From: Octopus sinensis
Lineage: Eukaryota
Assembly (NCBI RefSeq): GCF_006345805.1
Contig: NW_021823967.1
Coordinates: 1-20,429, forward strand
Length of the DNA: 20,429 nt
Direction: 5' to 3'
The notes under the pieces were generated by a model, which was given only the letters and a program-made list of their open reading frames with translations, searched no databases and was not told where the DNA came from. Within the stretch, counting starts at the first letter, position 1. Every line of letters starts with the position of its first letter. Position numbers and translations under genes: made by a program. This document shows positions 1 to 7,872 of this stretch, piece after piece.

Positions 1-184
1 TGTTTTTAATTAGTCACAAAGGGTTTATATTTTAGGGAGTAGACGAAATGAAAAGTGTGCAAGAAAAGAAAAAAAACTGTTAGGCTTGCACTATCTGAGT
101 ATTGAAACCGAGTCTCAGTGTCGGTCAAGCAGAATTTTACCTTCGGAACAACCTAGAATGTTGTAATATACCATATATAACATT

Positions 185-261
185 AAGGCCGCGAGCTGGC
201 GGAATTGTTTGTTACTGCATCGAGCAGAACGCTTAGCAGCATTTCGTCCGCCGTTACGTTC
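185..261 (+). mobile_element. 5' head fragment of a tRNA-derived SINE (same family as 17841-18056), broken off before the B-box
   Basis: aaggccgcgagctggcggaatt...gcttagcagcatttcgtccgccgttacgttc aligns by eye with aaggcggcaagccggcagaatc...gcgtagctgtatttcgtgccgttacgttc at 17841-17911; similarity stops at 261. Confidence 0.75.
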
Positions 262-279
262 AGGGAAGGAAAGATAGGT

Positions 280-316
280 TGTTTAACGTTTCGAGCAAAG
301 CTCTTCTTCAAAAACA
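280..316 (-). ncRNA. Degenerate minimal type I hammerhead ribozyme motif, probably a Penelope-like element relic
   Basis: Minus strand reads UGUUU-UUGAAGA-A-GAGC(UUU)GCUC-GAAAC-GU-U-AAACA. Stem I is UGUUU/AAACA, the core is CUGANGA with C3 changed to U, stem II is a perfect 4 bp, GAAA is intact, and helix III is the palindrome ACGU. Confidence 0.7.
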
Positions 317-390
317 GGAGACAGAGGAAAGTCCAAGAGTAAAGGAAGATGGAGGAAAAAAGTCACCAACAATCCACATGTAGTTACATT

Positions 391-800
391 TATATACATA
401 CACACACACATACATACATACATACATACACACATACATACATACATACATACATACATACACACATACATACATACATACATACATACATACATACATA
501 CATACATACATACATAAACTCCACAAAATCCGAAACACCACACACATATACACACATATATACATACATACATACATACACACATACATACATACATACA
601 TACACACATACATACCACATACATACATACATACTGCATACATGCATACATGCATGCATGCATGACATTACATACATACATACATACATACATACTACTA
701 CATACATACATATACATACATACATACGTACATACACACACACATACATACATACATACATGCATACATACATACATACATACATACATACATACATACA

Positions 801-832
<32 letters not shown>

Positions 833-843
833 CATACATACAT
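391..843. repeat. (ATAC)n/(AC)n compound microsatellite
   Basis: Direct reading; source of the spurious MYVC and HTYI ORFs at 283-941. Confidence 0.97.
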
Positions 844-1010
844 AAACTCCACAATATCCGAAACAAATCTACCTTCCACAAATCATCGAGCACCACAAAT
901 ACAGCATAAAAATTAATGAAATGGTTGGAATTAGAACTCATGTGTGTGTGTGTGCTTGCGTGCGTGCGTATGTGTATGTGTATGCACGTTCGCTTGTATG
1001 TATGTCAATA

Positions 1011-1135
1011 GAGTGTCGAAGAGAATACTTCGCGATATGCGTTCCGACTCTCTGCGCTCTGAGTTCCAATCCCACCGAGGTCACCTTTACATTTCATTCT
1101 TTCAGAGCCGACAAAAAAACAAAAAAATACCAATC
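1011..1135 (+). mobile_element. Old, diverged SINE of the 17841-type family
   Basis: ctctgagttccaatcccaccgaggtcacctttacatttcattctttcagagccgacaaaa matches ttctgagttcaaattccgccgaggtgaactttgcctttcatcctttcagggtcgattaaa (17909-17969). Confidence 0.65.
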
Positions 1136-1506
1136 CGAGGTGGCGGACTGATGCATCTATAACAACGTCGGTATTTTTTCTACTCTGCTTGGGTGGTTGA
1201 CATCCCTTCGGCCGATTAAACACCACCTACTACCAAGTTGGGTGTCTTTAGTGGAGTGCAAGCACTCGGGATGCAATCAGATATATCCTGGCTTGACCCA
1301 ATTTCATAATATTTTAAGATGATACGGAGAGTAGACGTGTTTTATGGTCATGAAACTTTAAGTAATGTTGAGTTAAACTGCTACATGTAAGTTCAACCAT
1401 TTCTTGACTCATTCGTACACCAGGTACACACGCTTGCACACCACAACACACAAACACACATACATACACGTGTGTATATACATATACATACATACAATCT
1501 CGATTT

Positions 1507-1536
1507 TCGACCACCTCTGATCACGAATAAATCGTG

Positions 1537-1594
<58 letters not shown>

Positions 1595-1649
1595 GTGTGT
1601 GTGTATATCAGGCAAGAAAGCACGATTTATTCCTGATCAGAGTTGTTCG

Positions 1650-1650
<1 letters not shown>
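1507..1650. repeat. 34-bp inverted repeat (1507-1540 / 1617-1650) enclosing an (AT)n tract
   Basis: Left arm tcgaccacctctgatcacgaataaatcgtgcttt; right arm aaagcacgatttattcctgatcagagttgttcga; 31/34 complementary. Confidence 0.9.
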
Positions 1651-1651
<1 letters not shown>

Positions 1652-1748
<97 letters not shown>

Positions 1749-1821
1749 TATATATATATATATATATGTATATATATGTATATATATAATATATATATAT
1801 ATATAGGTATATATGTATATA

Positions 1822-1866
<45 letters not shown>
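1652..1866. repeat. (AT)n microsatellite
   Basis: Direct reading. Confidence 0.97.
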
Positions 1867-2171
1867 GCAGAGGTTTTGAAGAAATGAAATAGATGATAGC
1901 TAAATAGATACATACATACATACATAGACAGACAGGCAGACAGGCAGATCCGAATTAACAACTGCACTCCAATGCATTTGAAAGATAAATGTGTATGTGC
2001 GTAGGTGTGTGCGCGTGCGCGAACGCATGTTTGTGTATGTGCCGTATTATATGTGTTCTAAGTGCGTATGACACACATCAGTCGAAAGTAGCCGACACAG
2101 ATACGTGGCAGTGACTCTTATCACCGAAGACGGTGCCGGATTGTCAGTCACGTGTCGCGTTCACTAACCCA

Positions 2172-2251
2172 GCATCAACAACGACAACAATATCATCAAT
2201 ATCATCATCATCACCATCATCATCAACAACAACAACAAAAACAACAACAAA
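2172..2251. repeat. (CAT)n/(CAA)n triplet microsatellite
   Basis: Direct reading. Confidence 0.9.
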
Positions 2252-2465
2252 AGCGAGAATAAGAAGATAGAAACCCCACCAAATATTGTAACAGATTTTG
2301 CCAACGTTGTAACAACATAATGGCGGATATTATAATTGGAAGCGTTTTTATCAAACCGTGTTTTAGCTTGCAGCCAGGTGAGAAGGGAGTAACCGTACAC
2401 GCGTCTCGGCACTTTGACTCACGACGACTGTTGCCTGTGTCACTTGGGTGTGAGTGGCTGTAGGT

Positions 2466-3075
2466 ACGTGCGCGTGTGTGTGGGCCCTCGACGTGTGTGC
2501 GTGTGTATGTACGTATGTGTGTGTATATATGTGTGCGTGTGTATGTACGTATGTGTGTGTATATATGTGTGTGTGTGTGTGTGTCATTGTACGAGTGTTT
2601 GTGTGTCTGTGCTTGTTTGTATGTGTGTGTGTGTGTTTGTGTGTCTGTGTTTGTTTGTATGTGTGTGTGTGTGTGTGTATTTGTGTATTTGTGCGTATGG
2701 TATGTATGTTCGTGTTTATAAGTGCATCCGCGAAATGCTTGCGTGAATACGTGCGTTTGTAAGGGAGGGAGAGAGAGAGAGAGAGAAAGAGAGAAAGAGA
2801 GAAAGACAGACAGACAGACAAACAGAATGCGTGTGATTTGTATGTATGTGTGTTTATAACTACATCTGTAAATGTTTGCGTTAATACTTGTGTTTCTGAG
2901 AGAGGAGGGGGGGGGAAGGGGAGGGGAAGGAATAAGAGGAGGAAGAGGTGGAGGAGGAGGAGGAGGGAAAGAGGAAGTGAGAGAGTGTGTGTGTGTGTGT
3001 GTGTGCATGTGTGTGTTAGGTGTGTGTATGTATTTATAATTGTATCCGCTAACGTTTGCATGAAATCTTCTGTTC

Positions 3076-3157
<82 letters not shown>

Positions 3158-3352
3158 ATGTGTGAGCGTCTGTATGTGTGTGCGTCGGTGTATGTTTGTG
3201 CGTATTATGTACGTTTGTATGTTTGTGTATTTGTATATACCTTTATCTATACGCTTGAATGAATACTCGCTTGTAAAAAAAAAAAGAGAGGAAGACAGTG
3301 AGACAGAGAGACAGAGGAAGAGTTTGTGTGTGTGTGTGTGTGTGTGTCTGTG

Positions 3353-3387
<35 letters not shown>

Positions 3388-3430
3388 GTTTGTGCGTGTG
3401 TGTTTGCGCGTAGTATGTGTGTGTAATTAT
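2466..3430. repeat. Compound (GT)n/(GA)n/(GAAA)n/(GGA)n simple-repeat field
   Basis: Direct reading; explains the ORFs 2223-3008, 2363-3061 and 2838-3413. Confidence 0.95.
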
Positions 3431-3433
3431 ATA

Positions 3434-3666
3434 CAGTAATCCTTCGATTATCGCGGGTGTTACGTTCCAAAACTCCTCACGTTAGGTGGAAATCCGCGAA
3501 GTAGAAACAGCACTGTACTGGATAGGTTTTTTTTCTTTGTAATTTATATATATTTATTTTATTATAAATGCAAAACAACACCACGGAGGAATCGACGTAA
3601 GCTTAAATAATAAACAGCGATAGGTGAACCGCGATAGGTGAACCGCGATATGGCAAGGGATTACTC
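3434..3666. mobile_element. Non-autonomous Tc1/mariner-superfamily MITE (pogo/Tigger-like TIRs)
   Basis: TA|CAGTAATCCTTCGATTATCGCGG (3434-3456) and CCGCGATATGGCAAGGGATTACTC|TA (3643-3666): imperfect 23-24 bp TIRs flanked by TA on both sides, 233 bp, no ORF. Internal 14-bp tandem duplication GCGATAGGTGAACC at 3617-3644. Confidence 0.85.
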
Positions 3667-4218
3667 TATGTAAACGTTTGCATGCATATTTTTGTTTATA
3701 AGACTGTGTATGTGCATTCGTGTGCGAGTGTCTTTGCGCGTGTTTGCGTACGTGTGTGTGTGTGTGTGTGTGTGTGCGTGTGTGTTTATATGTGTTCTGA
3801 GTGTGTGTTTGTGAGTATCTATTTATCGGTAAGTGTATGTATATGCACAGATCTTTGAAATGTGTATATGAGAAAGAAAACGTTAGAATTATTAATATTA
3901 GTAATTAGTAATTACTTCATTTTGTTTATACTTCTATGTTAAATCATTATTTTATTTTTATTTTTGTCAAACGTTCACAGCCTCTTCTTTTATTTCATGC
4001 TGTTTCCTTTTTTCTTTTTTTTTTCTCACGACTGAGTCATATAACTAATATCGGTAATAATTAGTATTATTGATTAAATGCCATTCCGATATTAGGGGAT
4101 CGATATAATGAGCTATGTCCATCATATATCCTCCATAGACATACAAGCTTCATGACTGTATAACTTCACAAAACAACTCCCGAAGTCTTATCAAGTAAAA
4201 AAAAAAAAACGTTTATGA

Positions 4219-4356
4219 CAGGCCATCCAGGACAAGAGGCCTAGCTGTTACTTGTGTGGTGACAACGGTCATTTAAAACTTTTCTGTTCAGAAGAGTTGG
4301 AAACCAAAGGAAACAACTGCAGTTCACGGAAGCTACAATTCTCAGAGCACCGTTAG
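4219..4356 (+). pseudogene. Decayed retroelement Gag/ORF1 fragment with a CCHC zinc knuckle
   Basis: Translates QAIQDKRPSCYLCGDNGHLKLFCSEELETKGNNCSSRKLQFSEHR*. The knuckle (4246-4287) fits the canonical C-x2-C-G-x2-G-H-x4-C pattern. It is bounded by TGA (4216-4218) and TAG (4354-4356) with no start codon. Confidence 0.65.
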
Positions 4357-4366
4357 GTTCGGTTCA

Positions 4367-4790
4367 GGTATCTGAGCTAGGTAGCAATCAGCCCCTTTTG
4401 CTATCATTCGCTGGGCAACTATGACAACAGGTATTGTTTCAGTCCTGAGGTTCTACATTTTACCATTTTCTATTTCAAGATCTTTGCTACCTAGCTCAGA
4501 TACCAGGAAACCCCAAAATTGCAGAAATTCAAAAGATACTGCTCATGGGAACTGCCCATATCCTACTTAAAATACTGTCTATGTAATCACAAATTTTAAA
4601 ACGACCTTATGATTTTCTTATGTTTTCTTAAACGTTCTCTAGAACAATACTTTGTGCAAAACCAAATATTTGACACCCTAGGCATAACACTAACTTAAAC
4701 TTCTAACCTGTTGAGGCCTCTTGAGGCCTCTTGAGGCCTCTGGGTGAGACTTGAAGTCAACTTGGGCAAATGCAAAGCAAAAGTCAAGCA
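4367..4790 (+). mobile_element. 5'-truncated, 5'-inverted non-LTR retrotransposon end, restriction-like endonuclease (R4/Dong-like) type
   Basis: Sense part from 4484 gives CYLAQIPGNPKIAEIQKILLMGTAHILLKILSM* (stop 4584-4586), then a 3' UTR and (AAT)n. Inverted part 4485->4367 (minus) gives KDLEIENGKM*NLRTETIPVVIVAQRMIAKGADCYLAQI. Together these resemble the DLEIE..KMW..T.TIPV..GALG...IQK..L.GTA.IL C-terminus of R4/Dong-type ORFs (recognised from memory, no search run). Confidence 0.8.
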
Positions 4791-4815
4791 TATAATAATT
4801 AAAGATAATAATATA

Positions 4816-4872
<57 letters not shown>

Positions 4873-4901
4873 GTAATAATATAATAATAATAATAATGAT
4901 A

Positions 4902-4945
<44 letters not shown>

Positions 4946-4999
4946 TAATATATAATAATAATAATAATAATAATAATGATGATGATAATGATAATAGTA

Positions 5000-5069
<70 letters not shown>
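4791..5069. repeat. (AAT)n microsatellite, shared as a tail by the LINE end (+) and the adjacent SINE (-)
   Basis: Direct reading; gives the spurious poly-I/poly-Y ORF 4690-5130. Confidence 0.97.
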
Positions 5070-5070
<1 letters not shown>

Positions 5071-5395
5071 TATTTCAAATTTTGGCATGAGGGCAACAAT
5101 TTTGGGAGTGGAGTGTATCGATAACTTCATTGCTACTTAAGTTTATCGACCCCGAAGTGATGAAAAACAAAGCTGACTCCGAGAGGATTTGAACGTAAAC
5201 AGCCGGAAATATTTTTAACATTGGAACAGAGCTTGAAATGTTGGAGGAGGGTCAGGTCGTAGTTGGTACCATGTTTACTTTGTCGACCGTAGAGGGACGG
5301 AAAGCAGAGTCGGGCCTCAGTAGGATACGTAAAACGCCAAAACAAATATCACAAGACATCTTGCGAAACGCTCTATCGATTCCGATAATCCATCA
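5070..5395 (-). mobile_element. One or two diverged minus-strand SINE copies of the 17841-type family
   Basis: tttatcgaccccgaagtgatgaaaaacaaagctgactccgagaggatttgaacg (about 5140-5195) matches tttattgaccccgaaagaaagaaaggcaaagtcgacctc (about 17794-17832). A second, more decayed copy of that block lies at about 5262-5330, followed by head-like sequence. Confidence 0.6.
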
Positions 5396-5621
5396 GAATT
5401 TCCAAAGAATATAAAAAGAGATAAGAGTAGGATCGCATCCCCAAAATCCATCAAGAAGGCGGGGAAACAACTTCAATTGCAGATATAATCTGTTTCTTAA
5501 TGAATCTGACATACATCTTAATTAAATAAGTGATATTCTTTCAGACCGCTGACGTTAAGATGTCTGGAATATGGAAATAGAGAAATATTGACTAAGACAG
5601 TCACGTGATGATTAAAGTTAT

Positions 5622-5809
5622 ATAAATATGTGTGTGTGTGTATGTACACATATATACATATACATTGCTATATATATATATAGTAATGTATATGTATATA
5701 TGTGTACATAACATATATATACATATACATAAATACAATATACATATTTATAAATATATATATATATGCATATATATATACAATATATATATGCATACAC
5801 ACACACACG

Positions 5810-5874
<65 letters not shown>

Positions 5875-6056
5875 CATGTGTAGTATATGCAAATAAACAT
5901 AAATATATAGACCTAGATGTATATAATATATGCATATGTAGTGTGTATGTTATGTCTATATATGCATGTGTCTATATATGCATGTGTCTATATATATATA
6001 TATACGTCTATACAGATACACGCGCGCGTATATATATATGCACAGACACACATTTA
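5622..6056. repeat. (AT)n/(AC)n compound microsatellite
   Basis: Direct reading. Confidence 0.96.
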
Positions 6057-6435
6057 ACAATTAATTAAGGTGTGTCTGCCAAGGTAATTAATCATTTAGT
6101 TTGTGTAATTGTAACATAAGTACAAAAATATAAATATTATTTCTGCCATTAAATAATCCTGTACAAAATATGATTTATCTCATATTCAGCCATACTTGGT
6201 AACACTAAAACATTGCATGCTACATAGTGACTCAACAGTAGTTACAACTATTTATATAACTACTTTTACAACTGATGAACATAATCGCTAACGGGGGCAG
6301 AAGCAAGAGGTTTTGATGGAGACTACAGTCAATTAAATTGATCTTAGTATTTCAGTGATAATTATATTATCGTTTCTAGAAGGATAAAAAAAAGTCATGG
6401 TTGAATCCATCGGATGCTCGGGGTGTAAAGGAACA

Positions 6436-6638
6436 TACTCTTTACTCTTTTACTCTGTTACTTGTTTCAGTCATTTGATTGTGGCCATGCTGGAGCACCT
6501 CCTATAGTCGAGCAAATAGATCCCAGGACTTATTCTTTGTAAGCCTAGTACTTATTCTATGGATCTCTTTTGCCGAACCGCCAAGTTACGAGGACGTAAA
6601 CACACCAGCATCAGTTGTCAAGCGATGTTGGGGGACAA

Positions 6639-6674
<36 letters not shown>

Positions 6675-6873
6675 CATATATATATATATATATATTATAT
6701 ATATAACATATACACGACGGGCTTCTTTCAGTTTCCGTCTACCAAATCCATTCACAAGGCTTGGTCGGCCCGGGCTAAAGTAGAAACACTTGCCCAAGGT
6801 GTCACGCAGTGGACTGAACCCGGAACCATGTGGTTGGTAAGCAAGCTACTTACCACACAGCCACTTCTACGCC
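6436..6873 (-). mobile_element. Near full-length tRNA-derived SINE with an internal (AT)/(GT) microsatellite and a GAGTAAA-type tail
   Basis: Minus strand starts GGCGTAGAAGTGGCTGTGTGGTAAG (A-box TGGCTGTGTGG), then GGGTTCAGTCC (B-box) and a MIR/CORE-like CACCTTGGGCAAGTG. The microsatellite spans about 6639-6715, and the tail reads ...gaaacaagtaacagagtaaaagagtaaagagta. Confidence 0.85.
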
Positions 6874-6985
6874 TATAAAAACTACATTCTATAAAATATT
6901 TTATCTGACTCATTAACAAATTTTGCTATCCGTCGCCAAAATGCTAATGCTAATGCTAATAATAACTGCATCTAACAAGGGCACA

Positions 6986-7139
6986 GTGGAGACGCGTGGC
7001 TTAGTGATTAGGATGTCAGCATCATGATCGTAAGATTGTGGTTTCGATTCCTGGACCGGGCGACGCGTTGTGTTCTTGAGCAAAACACTTCATTTCACGT
7101 TGCTCCAGTTCACTCAGTTGGCAACAATGAGTAACGCTG
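6986..7139 (+). mobile_element. CORE-type tRNA SINE, head plus CORE only (3' part missing)
   Basis: A-box TGGCTTAGTGA, B-box GGTTTCGATTCC, CORE-like ttgagcaaaacacttcatttcacgttgctccagttcactcag...aatgag; ends at gtaacgctg and runs into a microsatellite. Confidence 0.85.
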
Positions 7140-7264
7140 TATGTATGCATGCGTGTATGTATATACGAAGAGAGAGAGAGATGAAGAGTTAAGTGGTTAG
7201 ATACATATTCCAAAACCATAGCTCTACAATCTTAAATTTTAGTTATAAATTTTTAAAAATAATA

Positions 7265-7517
7265 AATGCGCCCTTTCAAAGCCTAGCTAGGCTCATGGGC
7301 TCAGTTTCCCGGTTTCTATGGCGTATGTGTTCTTCAGCTGGATGGGACGCCAGTCCATCGCAGCGTTACTCATTTTTGCCAGCCGAGTGGACTGGAGCAA
7401 CGTGAAAATGAAGTGTTTTGCTCAAGAACACAACGCTTCGCCCGGTCCAGGAAATCGAAACCACAATCTTACCATCATGATGCTGACACCCTAACCACTA
7501 AGCCACGCGCCTCCACA
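7265..7517 (-). mobile_element. Full-length CORE-type tRNA SINE (3' tail type 1)
   Basis: Minus strand TGTGGAGGCGCGTGGCTTAGTGGTTAGGG...GGTTTCGATTTCC, then CORE, then gctgcgatggactggcgtcccatccag...aaaccgggaaactgagcccatgagcc. CORE-SINEs (OR1/OR2) are known from octopus; the exact family was not determined. Confidence 0.88.
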
Positions 7518-7872
7518 AATATTAGTTATATCCGAGCCAATTAAGGAGATGCTAAAAAGAGCAGCTAAATTTCCTCAGATCACATTCTACCATCATAAAG
7601 ATAAACGGTTGGATACATTAGACATTATAGCCTTTAAAATACAAAAAAGAAAAAACTTCGTGATCAGGAAAGGAACGCCTTCGATTATAGATCTAGTCAA
7701 TCAGAGCTGAACTGTTGTTGAGTGACAGCGACAGCAACATGAACAACAGCCTCATCAATAACAGCATTATCGATATCAGTATCATGAATCACTCAATCAG
7801 TGAATTGTGTTGGTGTTCAAGATACTTGAGTATTCCCAATTAACCGTATAAGATAATCAACTGCATTCACCT

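Noticed and set aside
283-941. Overlapping 88-198 aa ORFs (MYVC and HTYI repeats)
   Set aside because: Translations of (ATAC)n, which lacks stops in most frames.
1190-1400. Unique sequence checked for coding potential
   Set aside because: The minus-strand frame I translated has stops and no recognisable motif; no convincing splice-site pair.
2223-3413. Longest ORFs in the track (261, 232 and 191 aa) with poly-Pro, HT and RE runs
   Set aside because: They follow (GT)n, (GA)n and (GGA)n tracts exactly; no domain, and they overlap on both strands.
4690-5130. 146-aa poly-Ile/poly-Tyr ORF
   Set aside because: Reverse translation of (AAT)n.
6290-6420. Possible further very old minus-strand SINE
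   Set aside because: Only scattered short matches (gtcaatta..attgat, agaaggataaaa); too weak to call.
6986-7020. Three GG-to-GA differences in 35 bp versus the other copy, suggesting deaminase hypermutation
   Set aside because: Too few sites and no consensus for polarising them; compatible with neutral decay.
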